Below, piece after piece: positions 1 through 13,055 of a stretch of 64,000 bases of DNA. The translations under genes and the position numbers were made by a program. Below the pieces are notes generated by a model. The model was given only the letters and a program-made list of their open reading frames with translations. It was not told the origin of the DNA and ran no database searches. The stretch spans positions 4,512,082 to 4,576,081 of the forward strand of contig JBNZDD010013687.1 of NCBI GenBank assembly GCA_050575255.1, given 5' to 3'. How positions within the stretch are numbered: the first letter of the stretch is position 1; every line of letters starts with the position of its first letter. The stretch comes from Harriotta raleighana. Its lineage: Eukaryota.

Positions 1-1608
1 AATATTTGCACGTCATCTCGCTGAAAAGAAACACAACCGCTTTAAAATTCTGCTTCAATGTAAACGGTCCATGTGCATTGGAAACAGATATGAAAGGATG
101 ACAAGTTTGGTTTAATCTGATGTCTTCAGCTCCCCACTCCCCACTCCCCCACCCTCCATATCTTAACCATTGTGTTTCGAGCAGATTATCGTATTTAAAT
201 TACATTCAACTCCCCCACCCCTCAAAAAAACTACAGTACTCATGCATTCGTGCTCTTAATGCTAGATAGCCCGAAGCAGTATATTATTACGTAGGAAGTG
301 CAATTTAATGTTTAATTGTGTATTTCCTTCTTGTCCCGTGACAAGGTACTGTCTTAATTTTGCTTTTGAAATTGAAAAATATATATACTGTCAGGTTACC
401 AAGAAGCAATTTCGCACAACGTTCCTTCATTAACACGAGATACTATCCATGTCACGATGTAAAATTTATACAGCAGTTAAATCAGATTTTAAATACAATT
501 CAATCTTTACGGCCACCGATGTACAATTATTATTATACGACGTAAGTTCTAAGCAATGTTCCATTGTAATGTGTGTGTTTGTACAGAAAGGCTTGGGGGA
601 AATGGCGACTTGTGTGATTGTGAGAGAGAAAGAGAGATTGAGTGTGAGCGTGAGAGTGTGGGGAGGAAACTGACCAGAAACTAAATTATAAATTAAAAAT
701 TCTTGAGCAGAGACACAACAACGAATAAATCAATCCTTCACAGTTGACAAGGGCAATCTTACAGAACGTGTGCTTTACAAAAATGTTCCCAGAGTGCAAA
801 TCACTACAAAACGTTAAATATAATCGGTGTTCAAAAACCTAAAACCACAAGTCTTACGTAAATAGAAGACTATTGTAATTACTCCATCAGTGGGAAAGAA
901 AATAATTATCCTGCTTGACAGTACAATAGAAGTGGACATTTTGTGTGTGGAAAGCAGCGTGGCTTCAAGCAGTACTGTTAACTGGTCTTCACTGCCAAAA
1001 CACTGAACACTTGGGAGAATAAGATTGTTTACATTAAATTCAGCGCAAAATGCCCGCCTAATGGTGATTGACTGGAAAGGAATCTTCCTTTATTTTGCGG
1101 AAGTTCTCTTATATCGTTGGTGTGTAAATGTGCAATTACAGTACTTTATACCGAATCAAATACAGTTGTTTCACAAGAAAGCAATTCTAAATGAAATTTT
1201 GGGTGACAATCTCACAGAATCAGATGTCATTTCACGATTGCACAATAGTGTGGGTGTAAAAAAATACGAGGTGACCAGCTCAGCTCCATGTACTGTTAAA
1301 ACCTCATCATAAACCTCAACATAAACCGGGCAACGGATGGGGAAGGGGGGGACTGGGGAGGCGGTGACTCCACATTACATGCCATTTATGATTATTGGGA
1401 TTGCAGAGTGGAGGAAACGTGAGAAAAGTTGTCGGGGTTAATGAGAAATATATACATGTATGTTCATATAGACTGTATATCGTTTACTTGATACAGTACA
1501 ACCATGTTTTAAAATTGATCCCAGTATTGGGATGTGTAGCCCTCATTTCGCTACTTATTAAAATTATTATTATTGTTGTTTAACCTTGTCAGCAGTGCTG
1601 TATCTTAC

Positions 1609-2247
1609 CTTGCTGTTCCACTATAGCTCTGATGCCCAGGATATCGGTGACAGAGTGCGATGAAGGCCAGGTCCTGTGAATTCCCATGTGCCCAGGGAGA
1701 GTCGGCAAGACAGGCGAGGTTGGCATTTTAGCTCCTGCGGCTGTGATGGGACTGGGATAGGAGGAGTAGAGCGGGTTGTAGGAGAGAGCAGACTGTGGAG
1801 GGGGAGGATGTGGCGAGTGCTTGCTGGATTCGTACTGATTTTGCTGCGACAAGTTTCCAATCTTGTTCCTCAGGATTCTGCTGATGGAACTGACCGAGGG
1901 CACGTTATACTTGTCGCACACCCCATCGGCTAAGAGTCTGTCTCGAATCTCCCAGGCAAAAATCCCCGGGTCTCTCTGCTTGTATCCTCGGATGTGTTTG
2001 ACTACCGTTGGGGTTGTCACTCTGGGTTTGCTGCCACCGATTGCTCCGGGTAGGATCGAGCCCGTCTCGTTGTAACGAGCCAATATCTTACTGACACAGC
2101 CGTGGGAAACCCGCAACTGTCTGCTGATGTCGCAGGGTCGAATCCCCAACTGAGCCAGTTCAACGATCCGCAGTCTGATGGCATTGGGCAAGGGTCTGCC
2201 ATTGACAAACACACCTCCTAGCTGGTTTACCTCCCCGAACGCTGGTT
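1609..2247 (-). CDS. PAX9: PAX9 coding exon with paired domain and octapeptide (gene continues beyond the left edge of the window)
   Basis: Translation (E)[67 protein letters not shown]... is the PAX1/9 paired domain, and MEPAFGE is the PAX9-type N-terminus (PAX1 has EQTYGE). Octapeptide HSVTDILG is present. Acceptor ttttatcag|AA at 2248/2247, donor CAAG|gtaaga at 1609/1608, 639 nt, phase 1 at both ends. Confidence 0.97.
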
Positions 2248-3426
2248 CTGATAAAAGGATAGTAAAAAAAACACACAAGAGGGGGAAACAGCATTCAGGA
2301 GAGGGAGAAAAAATATGTCAACTTGCGGTTTACAAGCCACCATAATAAATACAACGTCTAAACCAAGCTGCGGATATATTTTCTGTGTTTTGTTAACAAC
2401 GCAACATTTTGACAAGGTCTACTTTGTTAGGTTTATGGAGCGTGTCGGGCTGTGTGGGCCTGTACAGTGTAATGCTTCCATCCATTTCCATCCCATAATC
2501 GTATCTCTGGCAAATTACTTTCATGTTATTGAAGCGTTCGTTGCATGTTTTTTTACTAGAATTTAACAAAGAAAATCAGAACATGCTCGCTCAGCCATCT
2601 GCATGCGATCCATAATTATTTACATAATCAATCAACTACATAATGTTAAATTGTCAAACCTCACAACTTGTATTGGAATGGTTTATAAAGCACAGGATTA
2701 AAATTCATATAAGCACTACACATCCTTGTATACATTTTATAATGTACTTAGTGTTGATTTATGGCACCCACAAACAACAGCACTTACAGTCAAAGCTAAA
2801 CTATTTACACGAAGATGGGGTTTAAAAACATTTTGGGCCCTCTTTGATTTATAATATTACTGATACATAAAGATAAGATAACTAGAATAATTACAGTACA
2901 GCTAAATGTAAAAGATATGACCGTTAAAATCTAATACGTGTGAAACGTAGCTTTGGTTTGGGCGTAAGATCTTTTTGATGTACCTATAGCCAAAGGAAAT
3001 TATAAAAGAAAATCACAAGATTATTTTGAACGTCGCGCTTTAAGGCTAGAAACCAACCATTCATTCAGTTTATAGTGTTTGTTAGTTTTAACCAGCGGAC
3101 TGAATTGTGGTTTGTTTTCCTAGTGGAGCGGAGGAAACGTTGTTTAACTCATTTAACACCCCCTAAAGTAGCCTTCTAGTAAACCATGTAAACAATTCAT
3201 TTACAAATGCTTGTGTGGAAAACATTATATATTTTGAGATCCACACACCATGTCACAAGCCCTCTAAAGAACATTATTTTTAATTGTAATAAGTTCGCGG
3301 GAATGAATTGAACTCGTCATATTTCATGTAATGGCACGTTTAACTTAAAAGGGGGGTAACATAGTACTGGCACATTGCGTTCCCGTTGACAGTAATAGAA
3401 AGAGTTCACAAACTGAAAGTACTTAC

Positions 3427-3430
3427 CCAT
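3427..3430 (-). CDS. PAX9: PAX9 first coding micro-segment ATG-G at the end of the 5' exon
   Basis: Minus strand reads caaccATGG|gtaagt. G + AA of the next exon gives M-E-P-A-F, the known PAX9 split after four coding bases. Confidence 0.93.
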
Positions 3431-3679
3431 GGTTGTTATTGCACTAATGATCCTCAATGTTTCCTGCTGAATGTGTGCGTTTCAAACATATAAAATCCCC
3501 AATTCTTTGCTGTGTGCGGGTCGCTTCGGAATTCGCTTGTAAACGCTGCCCAGGAAACTGATTTGACTTTCGGAGTTACGGAGGGACTTGTATGGAGTAG
3601 AAATGTACTTCTCTTTTCCTGGGGAGAGGTGGCTCGGTTCTGCATTTCAAAGCACAGCATGGGAAATGGATTTTACACG

Positions 3680-3790
3680 CTCTGGCTGCCAATCACTAAA
3701 GACACACCCGTGGCAATGACGTGCAAGGCCGGGACTGGGGACCACAGCGAACCCATTGGTCGATTGACGTCAACTGGCAACACTACCTGG
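3680..3790. promoter_or_regulatory. Probable PAX9 proximal promoter
   Basis: CpG-containing block 250-360 bp upstream of the ATG with CCAAT (3689-3693), reverse CCAAT (ATTGG 3755-3759), CRE half-site TGACGT (3717-3722) and full palindromic CRE TTGACGTCAA (3764-3773). The transcription start cannot be determined. Confidence 0.6.
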
Positions 3791-5209
3791 AAGTCGCTTC
3801 CACAAATGTGTTTTGGGGTCTAGCGAGGTATCTTGATGGCTTCTTGTGGACTTGTGTTAATCTGAAAAAGGGAAAGAACATTTTTTTTAAACATTTTTAT
3901 TTTCTAATAAATCATAAGTTGCATCAAAATAGTTAGAATGGATTAGCTCACCCCGTGCGGTAAGTTCCTGTTGCAATGTTTTTTTAAAAAAAACAATTTC
4001 CTAGAGCAATCGTAGACTTGCAGCATTGATTTTTTTATATGATAACTTTTAAAAAAAAAATCAAACCGTTCTTAAGTACACCATTGTTCAGTGTAAATGG
4101 TTGAAATCGAGCCAGTTTTGTCCCCAAATTTAAGTACTGGCACTGATTTTCTGTTTTGAATTTTTTTGTCAAAACAATAAACAATTTAGCAAAGGTGCAG
4201 AGTTACACTAAGGCTGGAATAATCAAATTATCTTCAGAATGATTTTCCTTGGCTACACGTATAAACCAGGGTCGCATTTGCGTAGGAAGCAACACATGTA
4301 TTTATATGTGGTTGAAATCACTAATTACAAATAGTTTTCAATTTCAATTTACATTTAGCAACAGTTGACTAAAAACAGGTTGTATCTAACGACGTTGGTA
4401 AAAATGTAGGTGAATTACACATGAAGTCTTATTACTTTTGCAGTGTTAACATAAACCACTTCTTGCATCACTAATGTTAATGGCCATGTATTATAACGTG
4501 TTTGCTTCACGCTGCGGATTGAAATCAAAACATATGACACAATACACCACTGAAAAGTTAGTCAATTTCACAACGGAAAAGTGATGCTGCTAAAAAGAAA
4601 GGCGGGGGAACTCTTTTCATCAGATTAAATGCAGAAATTATTTATGTATTTAACCTTTGCACAACCCGCCGATTGGTAAATTACATTTTAAAACGAATAT
4701 AATCAGTAACGTTTTCACTTTATTACAAAATGGAGCGTCTGCTCTAGTCTAAACGGTGTGCTCTGTTTTATAGCTGTGAATGATTTTAGAACGAGGAGGA
4801 AATTTATGACTTTAATCATATGAAGGTATTTGTTTACCTTTGCGGTACAATTTAACACTAGCATTTAAATCTACGCTGCCTTCCACGATTGCCGCAAAGT
4901 AAAGTAAACATCTACATTTTTAAGTGCATTATGAATGTGTTTAAACTGAAATACTACTCTGGAATCAAACTTCACATAAAATCACCTTGTTTATATATTT
5001 CAATTTAAAGAATCAAATATTGCATTCTCTCTAATTGAATAATTATTTTTGTCACGTTATGTGTGTGTTCTCTGCAGAGAAGGTTAGGTTACAAACTTAA
5101 GCTATGCTTTGAGTAAAACTAAATCATCTCAGGTACGAAGGTAAGTAAACTCAAACGTATTGTTTCGCGTTGCTTAATACATTCGACAATACGATGTTCT
5201 TAGTCCTCT

Positions 5210-5480
5210 GTTTCAATTCCCCTATGCCCCAGACCATCACAGCATCAAATTAAACATTGTCACCGCAGCAATTCTATGCTGACTGCCGATGATCGATGGA
5301 AACAGCTTTTGATAAAGTGTCTGCCATCATATTTCCTCAATTTATTCAAGATAAAGGCTGTTCTGCTGTGCATCAGGCTTTATAGAGGGGAAGTGTATAG
5401 GCAGGTTTGAAGAGAACATCTCTCAAAGAGCCCTCCTTGCCCCTTTATACCTTTATCACCAGGGTTTATTTTCTGTGCTT
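5210..5480. promoter_or_regulatory. CNE-like candidate enhancer upstream of PAX9
   Basis: Non-repetitive, higher-complexity block with SOX-like CATTGT, TCF-like CATCAAA and two GATA(A) motifs. Conservation not verified. Confidence 0.35.
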
Positions 5481-8400
5481 GCTCTACCAGAAGTTGAATT
5501 ATAATCTTTTTTTTTGATCCTTCTAACTTGCATCTACTACATTGTGTGTCAATTTTTTTTGTGTGCCTGGATTTTACTCGAGTTTCTCTTCCATTGTGTT
5601 CTGTTACTGTCTCGCAGATTAGATCGTTTTTCTTTTAGGAAACAACTTTATGGGATAAAGTACATAAATAGCTCGGGATAAATGTGCATGGGACCGCCAA
5701 GAAGGTGGAAGGCGAACCAGTTGGGGTTTTTTCGCCTAGCATTTCTTATATTCTTACGTGTTCTCTCTGTCTCTCTCTCTCCCTCCAACCAAATGTGCGG
5801 GGCCGCATATGAGGCGATAGAGCATGGGTAACGTCGGGGGGAAAATGTCCGTTTGCTCAGGGTAAGTCTCCAGTGGAAAAGGATAATGTTTGCCAGAATC
5901 AAACGTGCTTAACTTGTTTCTATTGAGGTACTGAATGTGGTCTTAAATAACAAAGGTCAAATATACACTGGTCCATTAAAGTGAATGGCAACACAAACGA
6001 GATGAATCCTGCAATTGTTTCCTTAAGCAGCCATTAAATCATTTCGAATCTGTTTGGATTTTCTTGTTTTTCTTTTTAAATAAGAAAATATGTTTTTGTA
6101 AACATTAAATAATCTCAACATTCTAAGGAAAAAATAGAAACAGATCTTGTAAAAATAAATACCACACAATGCATTTTAAAAAGAATAATTTTCAAATTGT
6201 TTCTCATTATCTACTTACCCCAAACATACATCAGGTCCCTCGATTTTCTAATCCTGTTTTTGAGACGCTGTACAATGTTTTACATTGCTTGTCCACTATC
6301 GTTGTTTATTTTTTCCATTACAATCTGACATTCAAATCCATGCAAGTTCCTGAAGAATGAAAATTGTTATTCACCCATAACAAACGCAATCAATGGTCAG
6401 ACGAATTCAATGTAATTACTGCATATTCCTGAATTCGAAAGTTTTGATTTAAATATTCGGAAATGGGAGAAATAAATATTTATAGGCTTCTCAGTGAAGC
6501 ACAAACGTTCACAGAATGTAATTTATTCGACATTCTTCTAAATCTTTTTTTGCAACAAAATGAGATGTCAATGAGGAAATGTACAAAGCCAGAGGTTGGT
6601 TGTTCATTGTACTTGATAAGATAGATATAAACGAGGTATTCAACACTCTCAAAAATATTGCAAAATCGATTTTTAAAGCACGTTTCAGAAACGTCTTCAT
6701 GTCTTTTAATTGTAGGGCATGATGTAATGTGCCTATGCAGACTTACTTTGAATTGAAGAAAATAATATTGCATGTTTTATGGCGTGAATAAATGTTTAGT
6801 GAACCTTCCATTGAGGGAAGCCAAAAAAGAAAAGAAAAATTCAAAGTCAATAATAGAGACCAAATTAACAATGCACTAAATGTACAGATGCAAACGTTAA
6901 TATGTTTAAAATGTATAGACAAGTCTGAGAATGATTGTGATCACAGAGTTTTTAAAGTGTAATAGACATCTTAATCCTCCTGATATCGGCGTTGCTTTAT
7001 CTACCACCCCCTACCCCCTCAGATCTTTCGCTGTGTCTTTCTTTGTTGAAATCCAATCTCCGTCTTGCATGGGAATCCAGAAAAGCAGCAAATAGATAAA
7101 GCCTGGACTATGCGGGAGGGTCTAAACAGGATCCTTACAACATTTTACTCTGACAATTTGGTACTGATAAAACGAACGATTTGCCTTACATATTGTTAGG
7201 CATATCTTTTAATACAGACATGTCAACTTTGCAAATGTGTGTGTAAAAAAAATCACACGGAGAACCGATGGATTCTGACTTCTTGTATCGCCAGATTTTC
7301 TATCAATTGGGTTCATAACCATTTGATTAAAGGTGACCTGTATCTACAGAAAATTCACACGTATAATAAATACACTATTCCTAGTCATTGTATATAGATT
7401 ACGCCATATTTTAGAGAAGAATGCACTAGCAATGTTTTGGTAAATTGTTTTACTAGAAATATTAATCTATAAAAACGGTTAATGGCATCCAAATATTAGT
7501 TTCACATGTGGACCTCGTCACATAAAAGTCTGTGTGAGATGTTATCAACTATATTTTGTTCATATCAATAGTGCTGTTTTTGTTTCCGGAGTCGCATTAT
7601 TGATAATTTTCCCCCATTAACATGTGTCATGTTTCGTAAATACCTGCACGTGGAAAATACCCGAATTACTGAGAGATTTTTTTGAAATTACACTCCGTAT
7701 AAACATAGCAGACCTAAGATGATTGAGGTGCGAATATTCAGAATAAATGCTCTCTCCGTGTTAAATTTCTGCTGCTATCCGTAAACATGGTTATAGCAAA
7801 AGTGATGCTACATCGGATAAATGTAAACATACACAAGTTTTATTGACCATCTTTGTTTAAAATATAAAATCTGAGAAAGTAATGAATAACAAAGGGTGGG
7901 TACCATCTTATTTACATCATTGATATGTTTGGGTTAACAAAGTAAGTGCAGTTGTGGATTGAGTCATGGTATCCAAGTTTACATTAGATTTGCGCCGGTT
8001 TTGTTCGAAATCTTGGTAGTTAATAGAACTCTGCACAAAGCTACAACATTGACGATGTCCGCTATAGTCCTTGATATATATATATTTACAATGATATTCT
8101 TAATATAGTACAAATTGTCAAATGTTGCAGTCCCGCATCTCGGCATTTTAAGATGAAAAATGTAGTGAATATTCCGAAACATTTAAAATCGGGTGACATT
8201 TAGCGCCTGATTTATATTGCGGCATTTTGAATTTTGCGATTCCTCATTGGAATACTATTAAATCTCAACTCAACTCACAGGGAGAATGACTGGGATATAC
8301 TACTTAGACTACTGTAAAAAATACATGACGCCCCCCTCGGTTTTATATCGGGCTGTTTGTTCTTACGCAAGAAATACCAAGAGCGAAACGACCTTTAAGG

Positions 8401-11400
8401 GTTACAAGACAAGACAACGGCTGTGGCCAGTACAGTATTCTGGTATCTCACCTGCAAAGACGCGTCATGTTTTAGATCAGATCAGATCCATGTTTCTGTC
8501 TGAAATAGCGTGAACAGAAACAAAGCACAGAGAATTCACGGCTGAATGCAAACTGTGATTAGATCAAGCTACATTCCATTGTATTGCAAAGGTGGGCGTC
8601 CAAAAGATGAAATCTCAATGGTTACCTATCACTTCATACTTTTTGTTAAAAAAAAGACTGCTCCCATTATCAAGGTCGATTGGGTTGTTTCCCAAGTTCA
8701 GGATCACTAAATAGTCTTTGCAGGAGGGCTTGAGGCTGGCTGATCTATTTGGAAACCATGAATGTTAGTTCACACTAAAACGTTAAAACATTCCCACCTG
8801 AACACTGCAATTGTTTTTGTTAAATCTAAAAACTATAGCGTTGACACAAACGTGCTCGTGTTTGAAATAATATATAGATGTTCATTTCGGAAAGATCTAC
8901 ATATTTTGTGGATTTCAGTTAATTTTATTAACGCCGTTCCCCCGGGAGTCTGGATTAACTCTTTCATTCTTCTACCATTCTATCCACTGTTTCTGAAGTG
9001 ACAAAATGTAGCCTTTCTATTGATTCAGAGAACATGATCAGTAAGGTCAGTGACTAACTGGGTTCTTTCAGATCCTACCTTTTAATATTAGTGTTGCTTA
9101 TTTCAATTAATTAATCCTTTGTGCTGTAACTGCTGCCTGTGTCGTTTTGAGGAAGCCTTAAATGTGAAGAAAAAAAATCTACCTTCCCCCCAAATAAAAG
9201 GACCTCTGAACACTGAAAATCTTAAAACATAAAACCTTGAAAACATTTTGTGCAGCCATTGGTTATCTGGTGAATCGCGGTTCCATAGGAAATTTTAAGG
9301 TGATGTAACAAAATCTCAATGGGTCTCAGTCCCCCACCCCTCTAGTTTCTCTTATGTCTCTTTGTTTTTTCTTACAAAGTGTAAATGGGTGTGATTGCCA
9401 TTCAATCTAATAAAAAAATTTCAATCGTTCTACTTTTCACTGATTCTCATACGTTTTAAATTTTTAAAAAACTGCTGAATTTATGAATGATTAAAATAAC
9501 TTGATTTGAGTATCTGACTGCTTCATGCGATTAATTTGATTTATATCATACTCACATCTGTGGAATCCCAAAGTTCGTCAGAAATCCATCTTAAAAGGCA
9601 AGATATATATACACAGAAAACCTGAAAAATATAATTTATGACTCATCTGTTAAAAACCATGTATCAAACTGGATCTTCATATGTGTAATATTTAAAATAT
9701 TTGGACATGCTTTGTAGAATATGCTTAAATATTGTCCATAAATGTATCTTGTTAATTAATGAAGACGTGCAGACCTAACTATGTAAACAAAATTGTATAA
9801 AATTATAAAATATTTTCACGTCCACCTTAATAATAAAAAAGAAAGAAAAGAAACAACAAATTCTACGTAGAAATGAAATCATACCTACGAATGTTCACGA
9901 ATATTTATACTGAGAAATTTAATACCGAATCAATTAAACGGTGAGTCCAGATTGCATAATACACGAATGAAAAACCATCAGGAAACTAGAACATTCTACA
10001 GGTTCGTTATATCCTCCGATTCGAAGTGGAGTAAAAGGATATATATATATATATAAAACTTAATCCAGTTTGCTTCATTAAATAAATGTCCATGGTTAAA
10101 ATAACCATAAAAAGAAAAAAAGCACGATGAGCAAAAAAAAAGTTAACGAGAAGACCAATTAATTGGATGAATACAGTATATACAAATAAGCACGATTTAT
10201 TTTCATAATTATGTGTTCCGACGAGTGATGAGTCCCTCTATGTAGTTAGATTTAACAATATATATACCTGTATATATATAATTATTTGAATTTGTTGGTA
10301 TTAAGTTGAAACACTGTATCATGCATGTGAATGTGCAGAAAATGTGGTTTTGTAAATGAATCGATCAATGTGCCGATTGGCAAATCAATCTATTTAATAA
10401 ATATGGATTATAATAATATAATTTAAAATATCATTGTTTCGCAAAACACAGTATTTCGAGTAAATGCCTGTAATGGATAACTCTAATGTCGGCATGATCC
10501 ATAGTACTGTATTGCTCTATTCCTTCATATATTATATATAGACAGTGTGTGGAGTAGGGACAGAACAGTGAACTTTTGGGTTCTGTTAAATCATCTTGAA
10601 TTACTCGTGGTCTCCCATGTGTAACGAGTGCACACCAGTAGACTACATGCATTACGATTCAAGTTTTAACTTTTTCTTGTCCTCTTTGCCCAGAGCATAA
10701 TCTGTATGTATGACAGTTCTGATTTTACCATTTTGTGAAATTTGCAATGAGGCGGCATTTTATGATATAGGCACCTCAAAGTGTTATGAATTTAAAACAT
10801 TCACACGCAGAAAATCTCAGAATTTTATCTCAGCAGAATTTATTGATTCTACTTCTCGTAGATGTATAAAAACTGGCCGCAAACTGGCAGTGGTGAGTGG
10901 GGAACATTAAAACGTCTAAAAAAAAATCTGCAAACTGCTTACAATTTCACAGCCTGCCCGGAGAAATAACACATATATTCATCACTGTTACAACAAAAAA
11001 CTGTGTAAAGATGTTGCAATTAATGTGAGTGCAATTAATTAAACTATGTTTAATATATATTATTGCAGAGGCTGTAACTCTATTTAATATAATAATTCAG
11101 TGCTCCACTTCGATATTCGTGTGTAATGAAACATTACAATTATTTTCGATGAATGGCGTCGTTCTTGATCAATATTAAAAATATTGTCCCTACAGCAATT
11201 TCTATTCTAAAAACAACTGTAGCGATGACTTCCAATCCAGTTCGACCTTTCAATTGAAGGAAATCATGGCAGAATGTGGCGCCACCTCCTGATTATTGTT
11301 GGCAGGTAAGAAATAAACTCGTTAAATGCCCTGAACAGTTTTTATCCTCGCAGAGTAAATTTTACAAAAAGTCTGTCATTTTTAATAATCAAGTCAGAGC

Positions 11401-11412
11401 TTCCTGTAGATC

Positions 11413-11740
11413 TGGAGCTCCTGTGGCTCAGTGGTTAGAGATCTCGCCTTACATGCCTTACAAGCATGAGACCTGTGTTCGAATCCAGGCAGATCAGGGC
11501 GAAACCTTGGGCAAGTTTCCTTACTCCACATGCCTAATAATAATCTCTCCAAAAAAAACTACAATAATAAAATTGGTCATTTCAATCTATGACTGTTTGT
11601 GGGACACTGCTGTGCACAATTGGCCCCCGCGTTCCGCCCACAAATATACAGTCAATTCACTTTACAGTATATTCTGTGAAGCACTTTGGGACGTTGATAA
11701 GATGTGAAAAGCGCTATATCAAATGCAAGGTTTATTATTA
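11413..11740 (+). mobile_element. Full-length tRNA-derived SINE with central core and L2-type tail
   Basis: Pol III A box TGGCTCAGTGG (11424-11434), B box GTTCGAATCC (11477-11486), core TTTGTGGGACACTGCTGTGCACAATTGG, tail GCACTTTGGGACG...GTGAAAAGCGCTATATCAAATGCAAGG(TTA)n. Many homologous copies in the window. Confidence 0.92.
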
Positions 11741-12931
11741 TCTGTGCATATATAACAACAATACTGAAAAGCTAAGTTAAAACGTCTTCAGAGTCAATAT
11801 TTAATAATTATTATTATACTCCTTGGCAGAGAATGACTGTGCAACTCACGTATTTAATCTTGTTTTCCTCTCTTTTTTTAAAAAAAAGTTGACGAATGGA
11901 AAGAAGTCAAAATATTTCTAGATAAAAGCAAGTGAACTTATTTACTCTCAAAAAAATTTATGTTTGAAACTCTATTTTATTAGCCGCCACCTTCCATTTG
12001 TTTAATTTTTAAAAATTATAATGCCACGTATTTAACTGTTTCATTTCGATGGAAATCGATCTTGCATTTTCCTTGAGCGTGATTTGGATTAACAAATATC
12101 TAAATTGCGGTTCGAAATTGTAATTCAATCCTTGCAACGAGTTCCAAATGAAAGTCTGAGTTTACCCAAGTTCCAGGTTGTATTTTTTTAAAAAGCAACA
12201 CTTGATTGGTGTCGAGTAAATAAGCGACAACACTACAGATATTTACAAAAATGCGATTGATATGCAACCTTGCGTTTGAAAGACTGGCTTACTTGACGAT
12301 TTCTAGGTTGGCTAACCTGTTTGAGTCAAATTTCACCTCGAAATAAAACACGTGAGATGTACAGTAATATCATTTGATACCATATAATACATTTATTTTA
12401 CGTTGTGAACATGAGGCAAATTGCATTCAGATTTTACGATTTCCAATTGTGAGTTCCAAGCTTAAATTGTGCTGTTTGATTGCACGTTACTAAAATGTGG
12501 GTAGTAACATTTTAGTTTAAAATGTTGTTACTCCTCTTAAATTAAACGATATACAGACAGACAACAGTGAATGAATGAGCATCGGGGTCAGTGAAACTTT
12601 GCAGGTAAAATATTACAGGAACATGCGTTAGGAACTGTACATTAGAAGTATCTATAACGTAGTTTTTGTTGAATTATTGAATAAAGAGTTGTGACAACAA
12701 TTTAAACCGACCCAAAAAGTGTACGGTTCTTAATTCTCTCAGGAAAATTTAATGAAATAGTATATTCTACATTTTCTATGTTGATATTAGGTAGCCACCT
12801 AATATTGCAATAATTGCAATAATAAACAGTCTGAAATGAAAATGTGTACACAGAGCAGCTCTGCAAGGCTACGTTGCAAATGTTTCTCTCCCATATATTT
12901 TAAACATCAGCTAATACCATTATATGCCATA

Positions 12932-13055
12932 CAGTATTTTCGCCCACTAAATATGCAGCCAATTCACTTTACAGTATATTCCGTAAAGCGCTTTGGGACC
13001 TCTGAATGATGTGATATGGCGCTATATCAAATATAAGACTTACTATTATTATTAA
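12932..13055 (+). mobile_element. 5'-truncated SINE (3' core and tail)
   Basis: Matches the 3' part of the 11413-11740 element and ends in (TAT)n. Confidence 0.85.

Noticed and set aside
1-1608. Possible downstream PAX9 exons
   Set aside because: I found no segment resembling the PAX9 C-terminal exons, so they probably lie left of the window.
2248-2278. N-terminal [10 protein letters not shown] and C-terminal GKIQHC of the 229-aa PAX9 ORF
   Set aside because: Both are intron read-through. The real exon is bounded by splice sites at 2247 and 1609, and the start codon is at 3428-3430.
6000-11300. Short 60-100 aa ORFs in AT-rich intergenic DNA here and throughout the window
   Set aside because: Many start at non-ATG codons, composition follows the AT-rich background, and there are no motifs or splice support.
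11413-11490. tRNA gene-like sequence (also 46895-46966)
   Set aside because: No proper acceptor stem, and it continues into a repeated SINE body and tail, so it is a SINE head.
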